A DNA stretch of 64,000 bases from Marsupella aquatica (Eukaryota; Plantae; Marchantiophyta). Positions 12,080-26,300 of this stretch are shown here, piece by piece. Positions within the stretch are counted from its first letter, which is position 1. Every line of letters starts with the position of its first letter. The translations under genes and the position numbers were made by a program. The notes beneath the pieces are model-generated. The model worked only from the letters and a program-made list of their open reading frames with translations. It was not told where the DNA came from and did not search any database. The stretch is from the NCBI GenBank assembly GCA_973895155.1, contig OZ316891.1:27841045-27905044 (forward strand). Direction: 5' to 3'.

Positions 12080-12800
12080 TTTTCAGTTTGTTGAGCAACG
12101 ACATGGCCTGGAGTTGTGTCAAGGCAACCAGCATGTCAATCAACATCTTGAGTAGATGCTGCAGTATCCTCAACCACTGTCTTCGCCATTGCTATGGGAG
12201 GCAAACTTTCAAGCTATCCTAACCCTGGTACTAACTTACTACAATGCTTTGCCCATATGATGAAGTCCTTTGTTACAAGGATAATCTCCAACTGCATATT
12301 TAATAGCTTTGCAATTAAGATACCTTTTGCACATTGTGGAGATACCAAAGAATTTATTTGGTAGCTTGAGTTAAATATATCTTTTGCATATTGTGGAGAT
12401 AGGAAGGAATTTATTTGGTGCCTTGAGTTCAAGATATCTTTTGCATATTGTGGAGATACACAGGAAATTACTTGGTGCCTTGAGTTCAAGATATCTTTCG
12501 CACATTGTGGATACAAGGGAATTTATTCGATGTCTTCAGCACACTCTAAACGATGTTTGATGGTTTCTTGAGCCATGTGTGGTGCCATAGAATGCAGTTG
12601 CCTTATTGCAATGCTTTTGCACGTATGATGAGGAAGTCCTTTGTCGAGGACACACTCACAAATGAGAGGGCATGAGCGAATACATCCAGGCTCCCAGGGA
12701 GCATAGCTCAAGCACATTAGGATACTATGGCACCTATTCAAGATGTCAATCAACATGCTGGTCACCTTGACACAGTGCCATGTGGCTGTTCGAGAAACTA
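12080..12800. mobile_element. Non-autonomous TIR-type element with internal 57-bp tandem repeats (12320-12520)
   Basis: ~80-bp imperfect inverted repeats (12085-12170 vs 12719-12800); TTTGCAYATTGTGGAGATA recurs every 57 nt. Confidence 0.6.
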
Positions 12801-14012
12801 AACAATCCGATTAAGGACCGCCTGTGCTGTGTTTGGATGCGGGACAAATGAAATACGAGGAATCAGTGAAGGCCAGGCAGCCAAAGTCATGCCACACCCG
12901 GTGGGCACTAATTAATGTAGCTGGTATTGATGTAGTTGGTAAGAAAATGCGTTCCAATATGCGTTCTCATCCTAAACGGTAACAAAAAACATAAGCATAT
13001 TTGGTTAGGATTCCCCTTGTGAAGCAAAATAGGGGTTGCTAGATACTAGAGCTTCTCCAAGTTCCAGTGAAGGGTACAAATGTCTTTGAGAGGAAATGTT
13101 CATCTAGGAGTTGCATTTGTTCCAATTGATTAAGCATTGACTCTCACCCTTCGTCAGAAACTAACAAGAGGAGAGAAGTCTGATCACAGTGGCTCAGACT
13201 TAAGACATGAAAAACAAATGGGTAAAGGTGCCTTGCAGTTTGAATTGATTACTGCACATTCGTACATGTAGTCCTTGAATACGGACAGTCCTTGAGTCAT
13301 GACCTAAACATTTACAGAGCTCCCAATTACGCTGGGACCGATAGGCGTGAATATCTGCAATACACCCATAACTGGTAAGTAAGTTCTAGGACATCAGCAG
13401 CTTCCTTGGAGCAGGGCAATTTCTAAAACGGCATCCTTAGCAAAACTCACTGTAAATCCATTCTTCTATGACACAGTAAATTTGCATGGGCTCGGCTTGA
13501 ATAGTAGCTCATGCTCCTACAGGCAAAAGGCAACTCTTGTACTGAGCAATTAGAGCACTAGAAGAACTCTCAGAAAGGGAACACTCAGCTGTGTAAAATA
13601 ATCAGGCACGTGCTTACACATCATCCCCACAATGTACAAGATAAACCTGTTCAATATCATCCCTCACGACTACCCACTCCCTGAAATCGATAGAATGTAC
13701 TGTGTCTTGAACTTCGGTGTAGAACATTAGGCTCCCAAAAGCTGAACCTACTGACAAGAAAGGCTTTTGGAAGTGTTCTCATTTGCATTCCTATACAAAT
13801 GCAAATGAGCCTTGTCTGCAAAAATCTAAGAAGTTTGGTTGAAGTGAGACAACCAGGATCCTGCAAAACATCGTATTGGGCAAATCAAGCATAGATTTTT
13901 GAAAGTGATCGAAAGTTACCAGGAACAAACTACTCCTGATCTGAGCCCATGATGTCAAAACTGTAAGCCTGTCTGCTTGCCAGAGGGCGCAAGATAGGTT
14001 CCTGCTTTGTGC

Positions 14013-16414
14013 TCAAAGCTCAGGTAAGCCTCCTTTCCCTGTTACTGGATCATAGGTTCTCTCCAGTACATCTTCCTTCGCAGTATCTTTAGGACCATCT
14101 GTTGAACAACAACTTTGGGGATCAACAGTCCGATAACACCTCCATTGCAGGCAGTATGAAAAAGCACAATATCACTGATGTCTAACTTCATGTCCACGGC
14201 ACCGCGCTAGACCCTTTCAAATGTCACAACGACGAAACAATAGAATTGCTAGATAATAAGTTTTTGATCAGGTGATAATGAAGTCTACTAAGACGGAAGA
14301 AGAGGCTCCAAGGTTTAAAGCAGAATGTTTTAATAACGGACTAGGTCACAATCTCGGATACTGGTTCCTCGATCGACATTGGGTCCAGCTGTAATGCATA
14401 AAGGTATAAGTAATGGAAAGAATTGGAGTCTAGCAGGCAGTTAATGACTTGACTATTTACTAAGTCAGGTAAGATGATTTCGGGACTTACCGGTTATTGG
14501 TCTAGGGGTCCTCCTTTCCTTGAGCATCTCAGGACGCGGGATTATACTGTTTGATGATGTACCTCCTGTAGTGACACGAACTTTGGTGCCATCTTCTAAG
14601 TATCGAAAGATCACTCGACAAGGTGCACTGAGAAAACCACCAGTAAAGAAATTAAGGTATGAGCAGTAGCTTCAAAAGCCTGGTTCAATGTGGGAACAAA
14701 GATATCCTCCAATTAAGAATCTCGTTCAAGTGCCAAACTAACATTGATATTGCAAACATGCCTTCTATCAATACTGAAACTTGAGACTAGTTAACAACTA
14801 CGAGGTAAGTTTGAAGTTGGAACGAACTTGGTAACAGGATCAATATGTTGTAGCTTTGACACATGAATGGGAGACTCCATTGTCACAATGCCTCCAGGAG
14901 TATCATCCCTACGTTTGATATGCTTTTTGACCTACACCCAGGAATGAAGATGGTTAGTCTGAGGATAGCTTGATACAAAGCGCCAGGACAGGATATACCG
15001 ACATGGTCTCGTGTAAGCCTACCTACTGCACATGCCTGAAGCGAAGAACACTACATTTCGACCCAAAATGCAGGTAGAGTGTAAACCCAGTGAGAGTCGA
15101 CTTGACTACAACGTTATATCTATGATGTAAGAAAAAATTCCAGATTTCGAAGCAGAATTTGCACGCAATCCCAAGAACCTACCAAATTTTTCCCCTCGAT
15201 GACGACTTTGTTTTTGGAGCGGAGTACTTGGGTAACTTTTCCAGTAGAACCCTTGTCTTTACCTCCCATTATCATGACCTGGACATGATTCAACTCATCG
15301 AATTAGGCCATTTTGGGTCAGCAAGGTTGAAGATTGTGAGTGGCGTTGCCAGCACCCTCGCTTATCTGCACGAGGAATGGAAGCAGCGCGTTATTCACAG
15401 GGATTTCATATCACGAATGTTATGCTTGACCGTGATTTTAACGCTCGGTTGGGTGATGTCGGACTCGCAAGGTTGTCTGAACAGGACCAAGCACCTCCCC
15501 GAGTACAGCAAGTCTAGCAGCAACTTGGCTCCAGACGATGGCCCTCAGGCTCAAACCCACGGAGACCAAAGATGTATACAGTTTTGGAGCCCGGGCATTG
15601 AAGGTCACCACAGGCAAGAGACCCATACTGTCGTCCCAGGATCAGAAAGCCCTCCAACTATGTTTTACTCGTGGATTGGGTACGGAGTCTATAAAAATCA
15701 TCACCTTTTGGAGGCAACAAGCCGTATAAAACAAGAGGCATTCGATCCTGTTGAGACGATAATGTTTCTAAAGATCGGACTTCTCCGCTCTCATCCCGAC
15801 CCCAACGAAAGAGCTAACATGAGGGAGGTCGACAACATGAGGGAGGTCGACACCCTCCCTTTCCACCTTTCATTCCGTGAATAGATGTCTTCACACAGGG
15901 CGACGTTCTATACGGATGATTATGGCGGCCCAGATGAATCCAGCGACCAAGAGGCATTGGTCAGCTCAATCGAATCCCATTTCATCACGTCTACAAAGGA
16001 TCATGACAATTCTGTTCCACCGCCACATGCACCAGACCGGCGGAGAACCTCTTCGATGCCTCCACTGCGTTCTAGGCCATCTGCTTCTCTGATTGTGTAA
16101 TCCTTTCAGCTTGATGTGAAAATGAAGTCCACAGCTAAAAATAAACAAAACAAATGCCCGAGACGTGGAACACATGATTGGAGGGACAACACATTTTCCA
16201 TTACCTGCTTTCTGTCCCAGCAGGCGGGAATTCTGGTTGTTAAGGGGGCTATTAAATGGTCAGGTAAAAACCTAATTTGAAAATCGAGAAAGCATAATGC
16301 AAGATGAACGAATACCAGAGAGATCGAAGACAGAGGCGTCGGTTCGATACATACATTGTCACCGCGGAGGACGCGCCAGTGCTTGAAGAGCTTTTGTGCA
16401 GCCTTCCATCCCAT
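14013..16414 (-). CDS. Mitochondrial-type ribosomal protein uL24 (KOW), 160 aa; exons 16414-16355, 15278-15183, 14931-14828, 14627-14491, 14098-14013
   Basis: MGWKAAQKLFKHWRVLRGDN-VMIMGGKDKG..VVIEGKNL-VKKHIK..ESPIHVS..DPVT..YLEDGTKVRV..IIPRPE..GPKDT..TYDPVTGKGGLPEL; GT-AG introns, 483 nt in frame. Confidence 0.93.
15320..15860 (+). pseudogene. L-type lectin receptor-like kinase, C-terminal kinase fragment (frameshifted), inside uL24 intron 1
   Basis: RLKIVSGVASTLAYLHEEWKQRVIHRD / NVMLDRDFNARLGDVGLARL / KDVYSFGARALKVTTGKRPI / LKIGLLRSHPDPNERANMREV spread over different frames. Confidence 0.85.
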
Positions 16415-16898
16415 CGCATCAGTCTTCTGGAGATGCGGCCGATTCGTCACAGATGGACACAACAATACTGACAGCGAGTGCAGAAGCCGATCATCCAAAG
16501 CTTACGGACTGGAAAAAATCGACAGTGATCTCAGAAATCAAGTATCCAACGATGGAGCCGACGATATCGACACTGATCGAAAGATTGAGTCGAGAATTCC
16601 GACGATGATCGAAGAGTTTGCACATTACTTTGAAGGTTTTGTATGTTCGTCGTGCAGTCCCAAAGACCGTAGCCTGATCCTGACTACAGTCCGTAGCGCC
16701 GTAGCGTTCTCTTAGTTCCCGCAGTTGACTGCAGTCGAACGCAACCAATCTCCAAAGCTTTCTATTCTCTTACAGAATCTAATGTTTCCCATGTAACATG
16801 TGCTATCAATGAAATGGCTTGCTAGTGATATAAAGAGGTTTTCTCAAAGTGTTTTTTTTCTCGGAGTTTTTTTTATGGAGGTGTTTGTTTAATGGGGA

Positions 16899-17210
16899 GG
16901 GATTTGCTTGATCAGCCCCAAAATGAAACGTGTTACTAGCTTGCCGAGTGATCCAGACGGTTGATTGACCTTGAATCAATGTACCCAAAAGTTCAAGGGC
17001 TCTATCAAGTATGCAATTCTATTTGGGGTCTCATCAAGCAAATCACTAGTTTGATGGGATCTCAAAATGAAACTGAAATTAAAGTGTTACTTGATGATCC
17101 AGACCATCGATTAGCATTGATAGACATTCATTGAATCAATGTAGTACCTAAAACCTCATGGGTCTTATCAAGTAACACTTCATTTTGAGGTCCTATCAAG
17201 CAAATATCTC
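16899..17210. mobile_element. MITE-like inverted-repeat element; relative at ~41000-41175
   Basis: ATTTGCTTGAT...CCCCAAAATGAAAC at the left end vs TTCATTTTGAGGTCCTATCAAGCAAAT at the right end. Confidence 0.6.
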
Positions 17211-18679
17211 AAACTTATGGCATATTTCATTAATTCTGCGGAATACCACTGATGAGAGGAAGCCTAATTAAATGAGCCTAGCATAATCCTAGGATCCTCC
17301 ACCGCACACCTGATCAAATCACACCATACAGCCCAGCAATCAACAAAACCAATGGAGCCCTAACATCCACAGCCGCCTAATGAGAAGTGAACCAAGAATT
17401 ACTGGACCTAAATCAGCCCTTTCAGCATCAATGCTTTTTGAAAGTTTTAGTGTCTATTTGCCAAAATTAATGGTCCAGATTTGATTGTACATAAATGAAA
17501 TGGTCACAACATTTGTGAAGTACAATCTTTGTGCTAAATGGAGGCTTCTCAGTGCCCCATTAGAGCCATCTTGCATCTTAATTAGCAGCCTTTTTTAGTT
17601 GAGGTCTTCAGTATCACTGAGCCCCGCTTTAGTGGCCTAGCTTGCCTCTTTTTGACTTATCTGTAAAGGTCATGAACCCAACGCTAGCCCTTTCCCTGTT
17701 GAGCAAAGACGTGACTCGTAACGGTATGCACATGACCATCCAACAAACAAGAAGTCAATACAAAGAGATACATAATTCTGATCTTTGTGATCCATAGTGT
17801 TTGGCAAGGGTGAGTGGGCAGCTGACACTTGTCCATGTCCAAACTTGCCAGTTCTGGTACTTGGAGGCAGCGCCACATTTTCATTGTGCAGGGTTTTGAA
17901 AAACTAGAGTAATTCTCACTTTCATTTTCGCAAGATTTGTTTTTTGTCTTCATCTGAACTGGTAATCAGGCCAGAGTGTAACTAATTTTTAGGCTCCCAT
18001 AGTCTCAACCTGTTTTCTTTGTAATAATAATGGTAGCTCTATCAAATAGAGATAAACAGGCTGGTACGCAGGTGACCCCAGGGCAGGAGCTCAATCAAGA
18101 CCGGCTATGGCACACCATTTCTTTGCTCGACAGTGTCGCAAAGCAAAAGAAGAAGTGCATTTAAAAGGTGTGACCGGTGTGGAAAGCCAGAGAGGCAAGG
18201 ATGTTTGATTCAATATGCGTACTGACCCCTATTTTATATTTGTCCTTGACCCTATATCCCAAGGTCCTGATCTAGGGCATCTAGAACATTGAGATGCCAT
18301 TCGTGTCCATCTGGATTGCTTCACTGTATGTTTGCGAGCTCCATGGAAAGCAAGAGAGGCAAGGATGCTAGATTCATCTATGCATACCAACCCCAATTTG
18401 ACATTTTCCCTTCACTTTCTAGAGCATCGATATGCCAGTCACGTTCATCCAGATTGTTTCACTGTGTGTTTGCGATGTTTGTTTCTCCCGTAATCTGTCA
18501 TTTATGTTTTTTCTCCCGCTAGGATGTTTGAAACAGGGTTAGTGTGTTATCCATAGTTGGGGGTAGGGAGACCAGATCTGGTGTCAAAATGTGTTGTCAT
18601 GGTCCCCAATTGGTTGAACACTGCAAGTGGAGGAGCCAGACCTGGAGAGTATTGTCTAATGTTTTTCAGTTTAGACAAT

Positions 18680-19340
18680 CAGCTTTTTACTATCCTGTCC
18701 CCCAAACTAGCCGAATTTCATAACCTGCCCCCCAAACAAATTAAATTGCTAAGTTGCCCCCCATTCCGTAGATGGGTTAAGGCATACCCAGTACATGGTC
18801 CCCGGTGCCACATGGCACATCGAAACTGGTCCGGGGTAACCACTGGTTTGGCCCTGCCCCTCTCCCCCTTCCCCATTGAGGCGCTCCCGCTGCCAGCCCA
18901 AACAGGGTCATTCGCGGCCATGTAGGCCCTCCCGCAAACGACGGTTTTTGGTCAAACCTAACAAGGGCGAATGTGTAAACATTTGCATCGTCTTTGCAGG
19001 AGAAAACGAGGGCTTGGGAGCGTGGGCAGCGTTTTCATGAGTACAGGCGAGGGGCCAAAAATGGGTCATTTGCGGGAGGGCTTTGTTTGGGCCGGCGATG
19101 GGAGCGGGATGGCTCTGTTTGGGCCGGCAACGGGAGCGCCTCGATGGGGGAGGGGGAGAGGGGCGGGGCTGAACCAGTGGTTCACCTGGACCAGTGGCAA
19201 CATGCCATGTGGCACTGGGGACCATGTACTGGGTATGCCTTAACCCATCTATGGAATGGGGGCAACTTGGCAATTTAATTTGTTTGGGGGACAGGTTATG
19301 AAATTTGGCTAGTTTGGGGGGACAGGATAGTAAAAAGTTG
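18680..19340. mobile_element. Mutator-like MITE (661 bp) with ~240-bp TIRs
   Basis: Long near-perfect inverted arms (CTTTTTACTATCCTGTCCCCC.../...GGGGGACAGGATAGTAAAAAG); 10-bp TSD TTTAGACAAT / TTTACACAAT (1 mismatch). Confidence 0.88.
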
Positions 19341-20227
19341 TTTACACAATTCAAGGAGTGAGAACAGATCTGGTGTTGATGTCTTTCCATCATCTACAAT
19401 CAGTTGAAACAGTCCAAGAGAGGGGCCAGACCTGGAGAGTGGTTTCTGATGGTTTCGAATTAAAACATTGCAAACATGCGTACTTGTCAACCTGGATTTG
19501 TGCACCTATTCTAGCATCATGAAACACCCAGGTTGACAAATGTGCCCTGTTGCACTATGTGTCATAAGACTTGGTTTCATAAGTCTGGGCAGGAAGGTGA
19601 CTTTAGTTCGCAACCAGTCAGTCACCAAACAATGAAGGCTTTCTCTTGGAGAATGTCTAGGTGGTTCCACCAGCAAGAGCATGCATTAATATGGTGTGTT
19701 CACCTTAGTCTAGGAGCCTTTTGTTTATTATTGTCCTAGTTTTGAAAGATTGTCTTGCTAGCTTAGTTGCAGCAGTCTGGCACAAGATTAGTAGCTCTTG
19801 TGTGATAATTGCTCGAGCACGTGCTATAGGAATCGATTTGCAATTGATTGGATAATCGATTCCATGAACGATTGATTGCTGGTGTGCATTGTGTAGGCTT
19901 AGTGCATTTGCATTTTTAGGGGAAGGGATCAATTTGAATCCCATTTATTTATTCTGATCCATTAAGGGAAGGATTGATCTGTCGCCGAACAAACAAAGAA
20001 GAGAGAACAGAGTCCGCTATATGCATACAACATTGTCGGGCAACAGATGGTGTACATTACAGGATGAAGTGAAACTACTCAAGATCTTGTGGCAATCTTG
20101 GGGAGGCCAATGTCGTTTCTTCAAGCACTAGTGCGCAATTTAACTAGAACTAGAACCAGACTACTTGAAAGATCGAGTCATCAGCTTCTACCTAAGCCCT
20201 TTCCCCTGAAGAATCCAGTGGTGTACT

Positions 20228-20574
20228 TGTTGAGCATAGACGACAATCGCAACGGTAAGCACATGACACATCCAACTCTCAAGTAGTCGACACAAGAGAT
20301 ACGTGGTTCACCTCCTCGAGACTACGTACGTCCACAGGAACACACAAGAGAGCTTTACTGAACTCTAAGCCCGTCGGCTATACCAAGTCTCTACAATGTA
20401 AGCTCTCCTCATCTCTCAAGTGGCTCCATAACAATGAGCCTAAGTTCCACTTATCCAAGCAAACACCGTTTGGCATATAGTGTGCATCCTAGTTAACTTA
20501 ACCATGTCTCCGACTATGGTTAGTCTAACTATGGTTACATATCATAACCCTAGACCTTGAGTAAATACCTAACA
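20228..20574 (-). mobile_element. Solo LTR of the copia family
   Basis: TG..CA termini, homologous to the other LTRs, perfect 5-bp TSD GTACT, no PBS or internal domain. Confidence 0.95.
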
Positions 20575-22207
20575 GTACTTTCGAGGATCACAATAGAGAA
20601 AGCAGGGTGGACTATACTACTAGGAATGATCAATTTGACAAGCTTCAATCAAATCCCAATATCCTAAAGATTCTGCTAGAGTTGCATACTTTTCTTGATT
20701 GCAAGAGTTAAAGCAGGGTCCACTACAGTAGAAAAGATCAAGTGAACAGCCTTCAACCAGTTCCCCACCACATTGGAGATCCAGATGGAGATCCTGATGG
20801 GGATCCAGGATCTGGTAGTTCTTTGAAATTAAGGCCCGCCACTTTCTTGGAAGGGCTCACTGTCATTTAGAAGTGTTGATTAAAATAAAAATAACTACCA
20901 GATATGATACAAAAAGGCCCACCAAGACACCCTACACTAATTGCACTTTTCTTACCTATGATGATGTTAATAAAGCTTGTCAACTTGTGTGCCTTGAAAT
21001 GAAGTATAAACAGCCATTGTCAACCAAGTTTGGAAAGGACAAAATAGTGCAGTTGTAGAGTTATCCTAGGTAATGTGACCAGAGTTTCATGAATCAATCT
21101 GTGTGGGTGTCAAAATTTAGTGTGATGATCAGCCTTCATCAAACCTCTTTCTTTGACATATAAGTCTTTTGTCTTATTATTTTCTACTTCTTACCTGGAG
21201 TGTCAAAGTATGGAAAGAGAAAATCAAGCGTCAAAGCAGAGCGAGATCTCAACACGCCAACCTATCTCAAGGTAGGTTTAAGGAAAGTTTGCCTGGGCAG
21301 CCAGTAGGAGGGCTTGGAAGGAGATGGATCCACATAACCTCAAGGATGAACAAGAACTCTACACCAAGTGTGGAATGCCCAGCTGCATATCATCCATTTT
21401 TTCACCAGAAAAAGTTATTCTAGTGCACAAGAGACTGATGAAAATTTGTGACCAGTACTCTTTACTCCAGTTTATTCAATTCAGAGATTAGGTGGGTCTG
21501 ACATGGGCGTGACCAAGGTGAATCCATTGATAAGGTAAAACGATGTAACTGTGAAATATGCAACACCAGTGCAACAAGTCTTACTTTTCTTGTACCACAG
21601 AGGAGGGCCAAAATACACATTAAAAGCTCAAAACATTCTGACATTGGTTTTGTTCTTGTTTTTGGAAGGGGTTGGGGGGGGCAGTTGTGGTATCTAGGAT
21701 AGTAGGAGCTTGACGGAGAGTCCAATTATCCTCCTTTTACAATCTGTTTCCTGAAGTGTGCATTGAGTCAAATCAATTAGGTAAGCTTGCTACAGCACGA
21801 TTGTCACAGGATTGCTGGATGCTTTGGATGTTGATTAGTTTGTGCTTGAATACAATGTTGCAGCTAATTATACTTATCCACCAATGACTGCAACATTGTA
21901 TATTTGAATACTTGAATACTTAATATCAATGTTTGAAGACCTCAACAATATATAATATGTATTGTATTGCAGCTTCAAAATATGATGGTGAATACAGATT
22001 TCAAATTTTGTCTTATATAGAATTTTTTGTGTCATGTATCTTTATTTCAATGTGCCTTATCAAGGGGCATCATTTGTATCATTTAGATTTTTAATTAAAT
22101 TTTGGACCCCTTTAATTTTTGGTATCCTAGAGTATTTTGAACTTATTTTGGCAGCCCTCCTAATTTTTAAATTTCTTGTTAGATTAACAGTGTGTGTCAA
22201 AACCAAT

Positions 22208-22552
22208 TGTTATGAATTACTCTTAGGTCTAGAGTCACGATTGCACCGTAGTTAAGGCTAACCTTAGCCGTAGACTTGGTTAGGTTAGTCATGCTGTGCA
22301 CACTCTATAACCAAACGGTGTTTGCTTGGAGAGTAGGGACTCAGGCTCATTGTTACGGAGCCAGTTGAGAGATAGGGAGAGCTTGTGCTGTGGATGCTTG
22401 GTATGGCCGGTCGGCCTAGAGTGCAGTAAAGCTCTTGTGTGTTCCCGTGGACGTAGCCTCATGTGGAGGTGAACCACGTATCTCTGTGTGTCGACTATTG
22501 TGCGTTGGATGGTTCATGGGCTTGCCGTTGCGATCGTCGTCTATGCTCAACA
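22208..22552 (+). mobile_element. Solo LTR of the copia family
   Basis: TG..CA termini, perfect 5-bp TSD CCAAT; inserted in an older AT-rich repeat. Confidence 0.95.
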
Positions 22553-25500
22553 CCAATGGCTCTAATTTGACCACTTGAACAAAGTTTCAAGTAATCTCAT
22601 AAGTGAGAGAATTGATTCTAAATAACCTGAACACCTAATGTCTTAAGTTCCCCTCATGGCTTTCTTTCCCGAGTTTATGGTTATTATTGATTTGAGTGTT
22701 TAACAAAGTGCAGATCTTAGCACCTTTGTGTCATAGAATTGAACTTGACTGTACTTTTCATTGGTCACTATGTGATTTTCCTTGCATCTGCTCTACTTAT
22801 ACTATTTTGTCCCACTCACTCTCGTAATATGTATCATAGTCCTTCTACTCTCATATTTTATCCACTCACAGATCACTAGTACAAGACAAAAAATCAGGCA
22901 TGTTCTATACTATATATAGCAGTGGATGACAAGAATATAGAAGGATGTGGAATGGTTGGATAAGAACAAAAGGAAAATAGGATTGGGAGGGGGTGACAAC
23001 TATTTACCTTGTTAACCCTACACCAAAAAATCTTTGGAAGGGCAAGCATAAATTTTAGGGTTGCTTTTACCCTTCCATATGATTTTAGGTGACCTATCTC
23101 ACATGATGATCCAATCATGGTGCAAATAGCTGTCTTTAGGAGACCTGCAAAACATTGCACAGTATAAAGTGATGTCAGTCAAAATTGTTGTTTACAATGC
23201 TCATGACTGCAATGAGGTCTTATTGTGGTTGTAGGTTACTAAGGGACCATAACCCACTGTCCAGTTAGCTATTGTGTAATCTTTTGGGAGCTACAGAAAG
23301 TTAGAACGATTAACTACAAACATAAGGAAGTTCAATGCACATCTTACTACTAGAAACAAGTACATTAGACTCTCTCTAAGTGCATTAAACTCAAATATTA
23401 TGGTTCCTTTGTATAAATGGTCACACTTTTGGGACTGAAAAGTTGCTGGGGCTATCTGAGAGGTATGGTTACAAGTTGTGGTCTATTTGAGAATCAGAAT
23501 TTTCTTTGACTGTATTTACTTGTTTATTTTCCAGAAAAATTCAAATTTATATTTAATCACCAGGCAAAACAATTAGCTTGGTTCTGGTGAGTGGGTTTGT
23601 CTTCAGACATACAGAAACAAAATTGTTGAGTCTTTAGTCCTTCACTAGCTGAATGCATGTGCTGCTCCACACCCCCTGGCACTAGTCATCATTGCAGAAA
23701 GTATTGTCAAAGCACTAGTATTGCCCCCGCAGCGGCTAGCTCCCCTAGAGGACGTTCCAGTCCCACTTGCCGATTTAGTTTTTGACACTTGATGTGGACC
23801 GTTCGCTTTTTGCCACATTTGCTAGGAATGATGAGGACCTTGGTCCGTTTGGGTTAGTTTTAGTTCCTCTTTCTTGGTTTTTAGGGGTTCCCTATTGCTC
23901 TCTTCCTTTACGTTTGGTTTGCATTGTCCACTTGGACCCTCCTTTGTTTGTTCTTTTGTACTCTGTCTGGTCCTTTTCTATAAAAAGTTTGTATATTTCC
24001 TGTCACTAGTGTATTGAAACAAAAGTGAAAAGACTGTTTGATCCTCATGGCATGGAGACTATTTCGTGAGACTACAAGTCCAATCAGTGTAGTGAGATTT
24101 TTTGTGGGAGGCCAACCATATGGGGCCATTTTCCCAAAGGCTGACTAAATGGGTAGGGGAATCCATTTTATGGCCCGGGGTTTTGTTTCCCGGGTGAGAA
24201 AAAACAAGATCCTTCAATTATTAGATTAAATTAACACAGACAAATTTTGTTTGATGGTTGCCCAAGAGATAAATTAGCTTGTTGGGGCAAGAAGACATGT
24301 GTATTCACGTGTACTTGAAAAATGCTATAGTAATGCAAGGAGATTATTACAAGAACAATGCACATTAATCAATCAAACACGATAATACTCTGTCCCTCCA
24401 AAAATCATTGTTGTGTTTTAACAAATTAGAAAAGAGAGAGCCAATCCTGGCCCGTCATAAACTCCTCCTATCTCAAATATTTTTCCATGCTACCTCTGCT
24501 TGACCAAAATGAAAATACAAAACTCTGATAATTTGATTTAATTTGAAATTCAAAATTGGGAAAACTTTGAATAAATATAGCAAACAAATCATCTTTCTCT
24601 ATTCATAAAAAATCAAAAACAAAACAAAACAAAAAACATTCAGTCCGATTGCACGACCATACTCGGACTTTATGACGTTGAGGCCGTTGTCACCCAAGAA
24701 AAACATGTTGAGCAACAACCCCTTGCTCTCACCTCTGCCCTCCCCAAACAAGACCACTCCACAACAGCAATAGTGACCAAAATGATAAAATTCCTGCAAC
24801 AACAATCACTAAGCCAAAATGATGACATGACATTTTTGCAACCACAATCTATGATAAATACTCCCATGAATTTTTTACTGTGGTCATCTCTAAAATTTTG
24901 ATGTTTGTCATGCCAAATGAAAATTGGGAATCAAAGTAACAGGGGAGGGGAGGTTTGATTGAGGCGGAAAACAATTCTCCTTGATCCTGGCCCTTCCCAC
25001 CTCCCACACATATACTCCCTCCCCCCTCCCCCTCCCATGCCCGCACCCATGCAAGTATGGTACTTCTTCACTGCAATGAATAAGATTCCATCATGTTTGT
25101 TCTCTGCAGTTTTCAATGTTGGCTATGCTTGCTGTCATTTTGTACATTGTAATCTTTTTGGCACAAATCTATTATGTAATAAACTACATTTTTGCATAAC
25201 AACGTCTTTTATGCAATGATCATGTCTTTTATGCAATGAAACCCTAAACACAACAACCTCATTTGTGGAATGACTTCTTTTATGCAACAACTTATTTTAC
25301 ACAACACCTTCTCTTACACAACAATAATTTTTTTCTCCAATACATCTTTTGCACAACATTATGATCATCTCTGCAACTACATTTTATGTCTTGTGCACAA
25401 CAACAACTTTTTAGCAATGACATCTTTTATGCTACAACATCTTCTCTGCACTGCATAGGTATTTCAGCTATTAAGTTCATTATATGTAGTAGGACCCTCA

Positions 25501-25639
25501 AATTAAAGCTGAATTGAGTTGCCCTTCTTAAAAAATGTTCAAATCTCCTTCTGAAAAACATCTGTCACCTAAATACAAAGCTCAAATGGACCAAGAGGTT
25601 GTCCATGCCCAACCCCATGGACAGCATAAACTCATAAGC

Positions 25640-26300
25640 TAGTTAACACCAAAAGGAACAGAGATGGTAGTTACTTGACTTTTTTGAAGGACACCTTGAG
25701 TAGTTTACTCTGGGGAAGGAATAAATACGGGAATTAAAAGTTACCCAACCGATGCCCGTAGTAGTTTGGGCATGAGCAGCAAAATACAGTACTACTTTTG
25801 GGAAAGGATGTACACCTACTAAGTAGTTCACTTAAATTGGGAAGGATACTTCACTTTTCTTAAAAAGGACACCTTGAGTAATTCACTGGGGAAGGAAGGC
25901 CCAAGTAGTTTGGGCCTGAGGGCAGATTACCACTTTTGCGAAGGGCGTTTCACTTAGTTTTGTGAAGGATACCTAGGTAGTTTACTGTTGGGAAGGATGA
26001 TTGAACACTTTTGTAGGTTGGTTTGAGTAGAAAATTGTCCTTTTTGAGAAGAATCCTCCACTTTTGAATAAAAACAGTCTGAGTAGTTTGGGCATGAACA
26101 GAAAATTACCACTTTAGGAATGACACTTCACTTTTGTGAAAGACACCATGAGTAGTTCACTTTAAGGAAGGACCTGTTGACTAGTATGGGCCTGACTAGC
26201 AAATTACCACTTGTGGGAAGGACACTACTTTTTGACAACACCTTGAGTAGTTCACTTTTGAGGAGGATATTTCGCTTTTTTTGTGTAGGACACCCGACCT
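25640..26300. repeat. Degenerate short-period tandem repeat
   Basis: Recurring GGACACCTTGAGTAGTTCACT..GGGAAGGA and GTAGTTTGGGC motifs. Confidence 0.7.

Noticed and set aside
15159-15884. 241-aa ORF as a functional kinase
   Set aside because: Kinase motifs are split across frames, and its 5' part is simply the antisense of uL24 exon 2.
8162-16414. Two neighbouring 'L24' ribosomal protein genes as a functional cluster
   Set aside because: eL24 and uL24 are non-homologous families; the shared number is a naming coincidence.
23600-24010. Possible retroelement gag remnant on the minus strand
   Set aside because: Only compositional resemblance, with no diagnostic motif.
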